Shown here piece after piece: positions 61,201 through 64,000 of a stretch of DNA of 64,000 nucleotides. Made by a program: the position numbers and the translations under genes. Numbering within the stretch: the first letter of the stretch is position 1; each line of letters opens with the position of its first letter. The notes beneath the pieces are model-generated. The model saw only the letters and a program-made list of their open reading frames with translations. It was not told where the DNA came from and did no database searches. This DNA is from Phoronis australis (taxonomy: Eukaryota > Animalia > Phoronida): assembly GCA_002633005.1 (NCBI GenBank), contig NMRA01000160.1, positions 62,001-126,000 of the forward strand. The letters are read 5' to 3'.

Positions 61201-62615
61201 TTTCTCACAATCGTTGATTTTCTGGTATTCAAACTTTGTTGAAAACACGACTAAACTTTTTGTTTGAAAGCTTGATACTGATTCGTTCGTAGTTTCGGAA
61301 CAGTCCTTTCTGCAGGTGTACAGCTATGTAGTAAAGCACCCAAAGTCATAACAAACAAACAAATTAAAACGCTAGCAATATTTTGAGAGTGCATGTCTCA
61401 TTATCATGCAATAAGTGGAATTAACAGTATGTAGCGGAATAAACAATGAAATACCTGTGACAGTGGGAAGAAAGGAGATTGTTCCGACACTACGAGCAAA
61501 TCAGTATCTTAAGCTTTCAAACAAAAAGCTTAGTCATGTTTTCAACGAAGTTTGTGTAAACGAAGGGCTGCTACCAAACTGCACTGTTTTCTAGTATTTA
61601 TAAAAGGGTCAATAGTCGATGCGTTTTTGCCGTTGTTGATTTTGAAGCTATAAATAAAAAATTTCCGTTTTCATTGCGCAGTGTAAGGACATTGCCTTTA
61701 TGGAGTATAACAGTGAGCAGTGGTTCTCAAAGACTGGTGACACACTTCTTGGTAACAAGGTGCTATCTGTGGAGATCAAGAACACGGAGTCTCAGTTCAT
61801 TGAAGAGGCAGTCAAGTTCAGGATAAGCACACCAGATGGCAGCATTGCCACACGCAGAGCCAGGTAAGTGGGAGCCATCTCAAGCAGAGAGTCTTGAACT
61901 TTCCTGACTTTATAAATGTCTAGGGTAGTTTCCAGAAAAAATGGGGACCAATTTTGTCGGGCTTTGTAAAAGTTTTTGGGTAAATTCAGGTGAAGACCAA
62001 ACAAAAATGAGACTTATTGAAAGGTTGTTCCAAGAAGCATAGCTATTCCCCAGTTGTGTTTATTTTTCTTGTGGACGTTTTACCAGTGTCAAGCAGGGAC
62101 GCGTTCCATAAAGCTAGTCACCTAGGAGTCGTTTATGGCAAGAAAACTTGGGTTTACAGAACAGAAATAGTTTGCGTACAGTTTTCTCACGTAATCACAT
62201 GATTTTAATGTACCTGAAAGAGCACTTCAGTGTCGGCCATTTTGTTAAAATATACGCGTGCTTGTAAAGTCCCAATCTTAGTCGCAAAACACTAACCTTT
62301 CACTCGTATGTCCATTGTTGCATAGTCTCGTAAGAATCCGGCTTTACAGAATACCTTCCTTATCCCTCAGTCTTGAACGGACTTCTAGTTTCATCTACCT
62401 GATACTTCAGGTGTGCCTATTATGACGATGCGTCTAACACGTGGCGTACTAACACCGACGTCTGCCAGGTGACCAACAACCTTGACCTTGGCCTAGATAC
62501 ATTTGTGGAGTGTTCGTGCAAACACATGTCGAGCTACGCAGTGCTGTATACCGCCAAGGACCCCAACATCGTTGGTTATCCAGTCTGGTTCCACGTCTCC
62601 TGCTTTATTTGTATG
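462..62615 (+). CDS. ADGRV1: Partial multi-exon ADGRV1/VLGR1/GPR98-like adhesion GPCR gene (63 exons in window; both ends extend outside)
   Basis: Exons with GT-AG boundaries and mutually consistent phases give about 3,870 aa with no internal stop. Many Calx-beta motifs (DDxxPExxExF, NDxPxGxxxF, RxxGxxGxVxV), then EAR repeats, GAIN/GPS CSCKHMSSYAV and TM1. This architecture is diagnostic of ADGRV1. Confidence 0.95.
799..870. repeat. 72-bp near-perfect palindrome (35-bp arms, 2-nt centre)
   Basis: aacattcactgcaagtacaacgaacattcattgca-ag-tgcaatgaatgttcgttgtacttgcagtgaatgtt. Confidence 0.95.
2525..2580. other. Assembly gap (N run)
   Basis: 56 N bases following a C/T-rich tract. Confidence 0.99.
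3098..3264 (+). CDS. ADGRV1: ADGRV1 exon w2
   Basis: cttcag| EKSPRLSSPKYAQIIIESNDNANGIL...RSGGDFGE |gtaggt. Confidence 0.9.
3982..4240 (+). CDS. ADGRV1: ADGRV1 exon w3 (Calx-beta)
   Basis: VTVKFEVLPGSAQNPLDY...NDLLPEGEETF...PSDDPNGLF |gtgagt. Confidence 0.92.
4225..4337 (+). repeat. Perfect 22-bp tandem repeat x5 spanning the exon w3 donor
   Basis: (cccaatggactatttggtgagt)x5 plus ccc. Confidence 0.97.
4773..5168. mobile_element. MITE-like element with degenerate TIRs
   Basis: Left end cgtcatagattataga..caactccgacattttc; reverse complement of right end cgtcatagactataga..caactccggatattttc; no clear TSD. Confidence 0.6.
5390..5518 (+). CDS. ADGRV1: ADGRV1 exon w4
   Basis: FSGTSLTIDEPETPGGSIVNITVDRKGGLDDVVAVKWHATLD |gtaagc. 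Confidence 0.9.
6559..6677 (+). CDS. ADGRV1: ADGRV1 exon w5
   Basis: KSAENDITPVDGTIYFLSDEARQNIIVTVRPDDIAEGQE; phases fit both neighbours. Confidence 0.88.
6811..7053 (-). mobile_element. tRNA-derived SINE, copy 1
   Basis: Minus-strand head GGCAGTGTGGCCTAGTG (A box) and GGTTCGAGTCC (B box); full-length similarity to the copy at 38957-39198; degenerate TSD ga(a/t)ttggagat. Confidence 0.85.
7152..7193. repeat. (CAT/TAT)n microsatellite
   Basis: tattatcatcatcattatcatcatcat... just upstream of the exon w6 acceptor. Confidence 0.9.
7210..7388 (+). CDS. ADGRV1: ADGRV1 exon w6
   Basis: EIKITLMSATKRGRIG...PNDNPHGVVRF |gtaagt. Confidence 0.9.
7377..7640 (+). repeat. 54-bp minisatellite (about 4.5-5 copies) starting at the exon w6 donor
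   Basis: Unit approx. gttggctcttatgtaagtcctacattgtgacttttggggacttgacattgttag; 18-aa periodicity in the spurious ORF confirms a period of 54. Confidence 0.92.
8134..8305 (+). CDS. ADGRV1: ADGRV1 exon w7
   Basis: GGTVGALRVTFSTGDLD...VFDYFNDPVRG |gtaaga. Confidence 0.88.
8859..9011 (+). CDS. ADGRV1: ADGRV1 exon w8 (PAN/apple-like Cys insert)
   Basis: YCAEMCLKSEAWKSYEYNSRTLSCKMF...LYYIKD; phase 0-0. Confidence 0.82.
9488..9640 (+). CDS. ADGRV1: ADGRV1 exon w9
   Basis: ARRLYESLAKSNIDY...LADNIPELNEKFT |gtatgt. Confidence 0.9.
10277..10487 (+). CDS. ADGRV1: ADGRV1 exon w10
   Basis: LSLSKVELLSG...PKLGTPSQATVVIAANDDANGMFRI. Confidence 0.9.
10931..11056 (+). CDS. ADGRV1: ADGRV1 exon w11
   Basis: GNIGDVSVTWSV...DVDFTADGATLNFASGENRK. 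Confidence 0.88.
12572..12757 (+). CDS. ADGRV1: ADGRV1 exon w12
   Basis: ITIGIKDDQLAEVDEDIVV...ANDNVAGLIGF. Confidence 0.9.
13100..13239 (+). CDS. ADGRV1: ADGRV1 exon w13
   Basis: ASVNLTVTRTKSYVGTVTVQW...YTGFLTFLP. Confidence 0.87.
13840..13939 (+). CDS. ADGRV1: ADGRV1 exon w14
   Basis: GDRSKVIPLQLLTDDTPELNEEYRIKLHNLSTV. Confidence 0.9.
14495..14674 (+). CDS. ADGRV1: ADGRV1 exon w15
   Basis: VRESGAAAVNPQSY...GSNEPHGVFSF...DRKFGAI |gtaagt. Confidence 0.9.
15190..15444 (+). CDS. ADGRV1: ADGRV1 exon w16
   Basis: SVRVFYNIME...DDNIPEIDEVFIVNLT...PKL |gtaagt. Confidence 0.92.
15535..15700. repeat. Perfect 23-bp minisatellite x7
   Basis: (caatgacttgacacccataggcc)x7 plus caatg. Confidence 0.97.
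16957..17035 (+). CDS. ADGRV1: ADGRV1 exon w17
   Basis: SADTTSEIIINANDGTKGQLKF |gtgagt. Confidence 0.87.
17600..17944. repeat. Degenerate approx. 36-bp tandem repeat ending at the exon w18 acceptor
   Basis: Unit approx. caactccatctgttgacc(c/a)attttcatcactgcata; clearest at 17800-17944. Confidence 0.7.
17941..18079 (+). CDS. ADGRV1: ADGRV1 exon w18
   Basis: LSVNESNANYTLTVLRERGTFGEVSVYFY. Confidence 0.88.
18160..18480 (-). mobile_element. Possible 3' remnant of a CR1/L2-type LINE
   Basis: Minus strand encodes SDFFFPRIICN, resembling the SFFPRxIxxWN ORF2 C-terminal motif, followed by an (AAT/AAAT)n-like tail. Confidence 0.4.
19162..19303 (+). CDS. ADGRV1: ADGRV1 exon w19
   Basis: TLYFAAGESRKEITVQIFDDSEAEPEESFEVVLASPSGG |gtaaga. 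Confidence 0.92.
19272..19440 (+). repeat. Degenerate approx. 75-bp tandem duplication of the exon w19 end and donor
   Basis: aggtggagt..taggacagcctgatagag|gtaagag..aaggaaatgataaaatattt versus aggtggagttaggataaacctgtgcag|gtgagag..aagaaaatgacaaagtattt; a third partial copy at 19425. Confidence 0.75.
19623..19873 (+). CDS. ADGRV1: ADGRV1 exon w20
   Basis: VVTILNSDGASGYVTF...RGPGFFGQVTVPF. Confidence 0.9.
20260..20444 (+). CDS. ADGRV1: ADGRV1 exon w21
   Basis: PSATLKLTVTQDNIPELDEVFMV...ANDSPYGLF. Confidence 0.9.
21627..21886 (+). CDS. ADGRV1: ADGRV1 exon w22 (Calx-beta to EAR transition)
   Basis: NNEISVEEDSGLVHVDVVRTQG...WHSYEFSGMTYMLL. Confidence 0.88.
22380..22477 (+). CDS. ADGRV1: ADGRV1 exon w23 (EAR repeat)
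   Basis: VGSNGADVP...TSVLYRWQGALVPIQ. Confidence 0.87.
23580..23726 (+). CDS. ADGRV1: ADGRV1 exon w24 (EAR repeat)
   Basis: SLETDGAVRATSFTEGGKTYLVVINQ...SRVYV. Confidence 0.88.
24195..24466 (+). CDS. ADGRV1: ADGRV1 exon w25 (EAR repeats)
   Basis: LQNLPTRGASDV...SDVFHWD...STLGASAVTAFVIGGDTYLAIAN. Confidence 0.9.
25206..25468 (+). CDS. ADGRV1: ADGRV1 exon w26 (EAR repeats)
   Basis: SIVYKIEQGAFVLKQRIPSKGAVDIKSF...YLVLANS...STVFKWD. Confidence 0.9.
26131..26356 (+). CDS. ADGRV1: ADGRV1 exon w27 (end of EAR block)
   Basis: HLAFASRDGGSVIYSWD...ASDFVP. Confidence 0.88.
26833..27037 (+). CDS. ADGRV1: ADGRV1 exon w28
   Basis: TTTLTFEPGQSHMSLAVEVLPDDFPEDTETF...SNDDAHGVIEF. Confidence 0.92.
27434..27592 (+). 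CDS. ADGRV1: ADGRV1 exon w29
   Basis: ESANKMVSELVGKDNRITLNVDRKAGLSGRVVVRW. Confidence 0.87.
28577..28724 (+). CDS. ADGRV1: ADGRV1 exon w30
   Basis: VEFADGAKVAQIVLTIKDDQLPELDELTLV. Confidence 0.9.
30370..30541 (+). CDS. ADGRV1: ADGRV1 exon w31
   Basis: QRDTARLTVLANDSPHGVVSW...REQGTQGKIEITY. Confidence 0.9.
31268..31397 (+). CDS. ADGRV1: ADGRV1 exon w32
   Basis: TARDTSLPTNQQAVSGQDYV...VEIGIKA. Confidence 0.88.
31424..31527. repeat. (GTT/CTT)n compound microsatellite
   Basis: ttgttgtgttgttgttgttg...gttcttgttgttg. Confidence 0.92.
31859..32035 (+). CDS. ADGRV1: ADGRV1 exon w33
   Basis: DNEPEAAETFLVDV...ITENDNARGVIEF. Confidence 0.9.
32226..32465 (+). CDS. ADGRV1: ADGRV1 exon w34
   Basis: DADQTVKTYE...RSIGFFGAVTVTW...IIDDQIAEPIE. 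Confidence 0.9.
32801..33091 (+). CDS. ADGRV1: ADGRV1 exon w35
   Basis: TFDVELVKVTGGAILG...KNDSPNGMFEF...SGRLTFGA. Confidence 0.9.
33328..33437. repeat. Short inverted repeat or mini-MITE (17-bp arms, 1 mismatch)
   Basis: agctaagcacatagttc ... gagctatgtgcttagct. Confidence 0.7.
33649..33877 (+). CDS. ADGRV1: ADGRV1 exon w36
   Basis: GETRKSIQLKTKPDAILEGEERFAISL. Confidence 0.9.
34627..34976 (+). CDS. ADGRV1: ADGRV1 exon w37
   Basis: RARIDLTRGVGIFGRVRVEW...DDSVPEIKRLF...ASDYPHGSFEF. Confidence 0.92.
35488..35723 (+). CDS. ADGRV1: ADGRV1 exon w38
   Basis: VSLTIMRNWGSIGQVRVGYTT...GDNLPEGPEAFYVNL. Confidence 0.92.
36381..36526 (+). CDS. ADGRV1: ADGRV1 exon w39
   Basis: DNNYTVVNGLQQDMAPVLG...KNDNAEGTLTF. 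Confidence 0.88.
37196..37438 (+). CDS. ADGRV1: ADGRV1 exon w40
   Basis: AEDIGIARIPVIRQGGSFGPVGV...IRDDPDQEMGEQLEV. Confidence 0.9.
38414..38589 (+). CDS. ADGRV1: ADGRV1 exon w41
   Basis: GASLGDHKISVVTILKSDYPNGKFGF...IPNP. Confidence 0.9.
38957..39198 (-). mobile_element. tRNA-derived SINE, copy 2, with 13-bp TSD
   Basis: A box TGGCTTGGTTG and B box GGTTCAAGTCC on the minus strand; TSD caattgattgata at 38944-38956 and 39199-39211. Confidence 0.9.
40306..40581 (+). CDS. ADGRV1: ADGRV1 exon w42
   Basis: LKWQIMGPDN...EGGAKSFKLTVKPYTDWEVQKIFFI. Confidence 0.9.
41283..41432 (+). CDS. ADGRV1: ADGRV1 exon w43
   Basis: VLKHGDPNGIVRF...RSEGTIGTQM |gtaaga. Confidence 0.9.
41756..41976 (+). CDS. ADGRV1: ADGRV1 exon w44
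   Basis: VHWEVRGP...LPDDVAELSETFQVVL. Confidence 0.9.
42642..42801 (+). CDS. ADGRV1: ADGRV1 exon w45
   Basis: YNDDPHGVFSL...INITRNAGTFGRVRV. Confidence 0.9.
43740..43899 (+). CDS. ADGRV1: ADGRV1 exon w46
   Basis: GESGISYVPSSSAVMFENGDKFKLV...FTVELTSV. Confidence 0.88.
44083..44211. repeat. 15-bp tandem repeat with 30-bp higher-order period (about 8.5 units)
   Basis: (aacttgcagt(a/t)ttgc)n with aagttgc variants. Confidence 0.93.
44575..44688 (+). CDS. ADGRV1: ADGRV1 exon w47
   Basis: TIPPKIAAQYKNVKVAVPQEAANSEVGF. Confidence 0.88.
45988..46169 (+). CDS. ADGRV1: ADGRV1 exon w48
   Basis: TNKASVVIERIGSYGKISIDWQAGYP...FSHGESTK. Confidence 0.9.
46903..47085 (+). CDS. ADGRV1: ADGRV1 exon w49
   Basis: LTSQANAAELFAVHL...GGAKLRTGYTIGEIEPMGVIQF. 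Confidence 0.9.
47202..48808. mobile_element. Approx. 1.6-kb non-autonomous DNA transposon with 38-bp perfect inverted ends
   Basis: atatgtgacccaccaccacaaaatgagtcttaagtcgg (47202-47239) is the exact reverse complement of 48771-48808; no intact ORF inside. Confidence 0.9.
49544..49705 (+). CDS. ADGRV1: ADGRV1 exon w50
   Basis: VTLVVQRLYGTLKSVKIRYSTSSGSATGDVDYE. Confidence 0.9.
50160..50397 (+). CDS. ADGRV1: ADGRV1 exon w51
   Basis: IKKDNIPENDEDFFVNL...SPRL...NSDPNGVL. Confidence 0.9.
50769..50953 (+). CDS. ADGRV1: ADGRV1 exon w52
   Basis: GTFGTISVRVRTIGGGESW...ATAGVDYRQVDEVVTFQ. Confidence 0.88.
51239..51379 (+). CDS. ADGRV1: ADGRV1 exon w53
   Basis: DGQLQAQLSVAILDDAEPESDETVVVYLDQVTGGARV. 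Confidence 0.9.
52165..52270. repeat. (GT)n followed by (CA)n self-complementary microsatellite
   Basis: tgtgtgtgcttgca..(gt)n..tgcaag(ca)n. Confidence 0.95.
52299..52457 (+). CDS. ADGRV1: ADGRV1 exon w54
   Basis: DYTIVTIKRNDLWNGLIGF. Confidence 0.88.
53034..53162 (+). CDS. ADGRV1: ADGRV1 exon w55
   Basis: VGWAADF...RGEVVCPAYTTLCRFSVFLRNDT. Confidence 0.87.
54167..54200. repeat. (TTTG)n microsatellite
   Basis: tttgtttgtttg... upstream of the exon w56 acceptor. Confidence 0.9.
54225..54370 (+). CDS. ADGRV1: ADGRV1 exon w56
   Basis: IPEFKGFFTVQL...LPSDDPNGLIQFAQES. Confidence 0.9.
55148..55352 (+). CDS. ADGRV1: ADGRV1 exon w57
   Basis: IVHVEKNARSVQLRVRRAQGMSGQVNVTY...DYIPKSGLLIFSPDQ. Confidence 0.9.
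55842..56062 (+). CDS. ADGRV1: ADGRV1 exon w58 (last Calx-beta-like to GAIN)
   Basis: SSSYITIPLTP...PKLFQVRLNSPTGGARLD...VWD. Confidence 0.9.
57117..57227 (+). CDS. ADGRV1: ADGRV1 exon w59 (GAIN helical subdomain)
   Basis: ILTSLLQVVQDSSLSQHQVIVVETVLKTLIGEGERR; phase 2-2. Confidence 0.82.
58573..58728 (+). CDS. ADGRV1: ADGRV1 exon w60 (GAIN)
   Basis: LSSNAIKKFLDIFCALLSSVRTDATRGRFQLRPIYESFVF. Confidence 0.87.
59354..59490. repeat. 66-bp direct tandem duplication
   Basis: ttattagcttgagtttgacagat(a/g)ttatctt(t/g)gggaaggtgaaggccaaacatgtgattaat occurs twice. Confidence 0.92.
60231..60378 (+). CDS. ADGRV1: ADGRV1 exon w61 (GAIN)
   Basis: EQYSECASTRFSTGRLKPDTINGYEY...YITVP. Confidence 0.87.
60744..60907. 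mobile_element. MITE-like inverted repeat (35-bp arms, 1 mismatch)
   Basis: attcaagaaaataactacggttttaaaacttgaca ... tgtcaagttttaaaaccgtagttattctcttgaat. Confidence 0.75.
61230..61554. mobile_element. MITE-like element with approx. 80-bp imperfect TIRs
   Basis: caaactttgttgaaaacacgactaaactttttgtttgaaagctt..gtttcggaaca pairs with tgttccgacac..aagctttcaaacaaaaagcttagtcatgttttcaacgaagtttg. Confidence 0.8.
61682..61863 (+). CDS. ADGRV1: ADGRV1 exon w62 (GAIN)
   Basis: CKDIAFMEYNSEQWF...NKVLSVEI...VKFRI. Confidence 0.9.
62411..62615 (+). CDS. ADGRV1: ADGRV1 exon w63 (GPS motif, Stachel peptide, start of TM1)
   Basis: CAYYDDASNTW...C...VECSCKHMSSYAVLY...WFHVSCFICM; GPS C-W-C-CxCxH pattern. Confidence 0.93.
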
Positions 62616-63399
62616 GTGAGTGACTGTAAACGGTCCTTTGTAAACTTCATCCTTAATGTGTCCTCCTCGGCCTGCCCCCACTCCTGAAATGGGTAGGTAG
62701 GTTCACTTGGTACGAAAACAGGATTTTCCACTTTTTGTTGTAATGGCATACTCGTTTTTGTTGCAAAAATGTTTTTTGTTTTAAAGTAATTGAAAAACAA
62801 TTCTTTTGTGGTATTGCTAATGAAGTGTAGTAGTGCTTGCATATTCTGCAATCAGTGACGCTAGGGTATCCAACCTCATGGTATTCCTAATCACAGTATT
62901 TTGCACTAATTAAAAGTGTCTCTTTTAATCGAATAATAACTCTATTCAGTGCATATAAATAATCTGAATTTTACTTAGTGGTGTTTCATGGCAGCTGTTG
63001 CGCTCCTGAAGGAGAATTTTCTTCATGATTGTTTTTATTGATGAATGGACGCAGGGGATTTCATCTGCTGCTTATCTTCCTCCACTGGTGGTGCTGCTGT
63101 TGTTTTCAAATGCATTGTGGGACTGTTTTCTGCTCACAGTGACTTGTCTCTAAAGTTACATAATAATGTTTACCTATGACTTCTCACTACAGTTTTATCC
63201 TCAGACTGATAGAATAATGTTTGCCAATATTGCTCACTTTCCCAGTGCATACCCCCTGTCATGACAGAGGTTGCTTGGACAATGAATTCCACTTGCACCT
63301 TGTTGAAATTCCAGGTCATTAATGTTTACTTTCAGCCTGAACTGTAAATAAACCATGGTGTCTTAGGGATTATTCTAAGATGTTTGTTGGTATTATCCC

Positions 63400-63666
63400 T
63401 GGTCAATGCCATTACATAACTTGAGATTTGGTAAATGGGTGATAAGCTGTAAATGCAAATTACCAGATGAGCTTAAAGCTCTTATCTGTGGGCAAACTTT
63501 TGTAAACAGTTGAGTAAAGCCTTTAAAGTATGACATAACGTTTTGCAAAAATCTGTTCACAATATTGACAGACTTCCAGGACTATATTTGAATTACTATT
63601 ATTACTCAAAGTGTGTCAGTTAAGTATTTGGGTGTTCTGCTTGATCCTCACCTTACTATGAATCGT
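63400..63666 (+). mobile_element. Degraded non-LTR retrotransposon RT remnant
   Basis: 63601-63666 encodes ITQSVSVKYLGVLLDPHLTMNR, matching the LINE RT KYLGVxLDxxL motif; upstream sequence is broken and the 5' boundary is uncertain. Confidence 0.6.
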
Positions 63667-64000
63667 TGTCGTGTTCTGAATGCACAAAGTCTGAAATGTA
63701 TAATTTGTCTTTTGTTTTTTATGTCAGTTTGACTCTGATTGGACCACTGTTTGGATGTCTTTTTGGTAAAAATCTAACAAAATAAAGAAAGTTACGTTCA
63801 TAGCATAACAATGGCATCAATGTCCTTTGATATCAATTTGCAAGATGAAATCTGAAAAAAAAACGTTTACATTTTTTTAAGTTATCAATTCGTTTTAATT
63901 TTTTTCAACTTCTGAGTTTTTTTACAAAGTAATTAAAAAATCTATCTTGATTGTCCCTCTTGCTAAAGACAGAGCTTTAGTATCCATTTCATAAAGCATC

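Noticed and set aside
462-62615. Sodium-calcium exchanger, FRAS1/FREM or bacterial Calx-beta adhesin
   Set aside because: Spliceosomal introns together with the EAR block and GAIN/GPS-TM1 identify ADGRV1.

Overview
This is eukaryotic, AT-rich and intron-dense DNA, most likely from an invertebrate animal. The whole window lies inside one + strand gene, an ADGRV1/VLGR1/GPR98-like very large adhesion GPCR. I traced 63 GT-AG exons by hand (462-62615, about 11.6 kb of CDS, about 3,870 aa) that join in one uninterrupted frame. The domain order is tandem Calx-beta repeats, a PAN/apple-like insert, more Calx-beta, an EAR/EPTP beta-propeller block, more Calx-beta, the GAIN domain, the GPS motif (CSCKHM|SSYAVL) and the start of TM1. 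The 5' part of the gene and most of the 7TM region lie outside the window. The introns hold two copies of a tRNA-derived SINE, a 1.6-kb TIR DNA transposon, several MITE-like inverted repeats, LINE remnants, mini- and microsatellites and one N gap. The most unusual pattern is that several tandem repeats are built from the gene's own splice sites, giving arrays of decoy 5' splice sites, and one exon has a recursive-splice-type AG|GTAAGA junction. I see no prokaryotic, CRISPR or second-gene system. Exon numbers (w1-w63) count within this window only.
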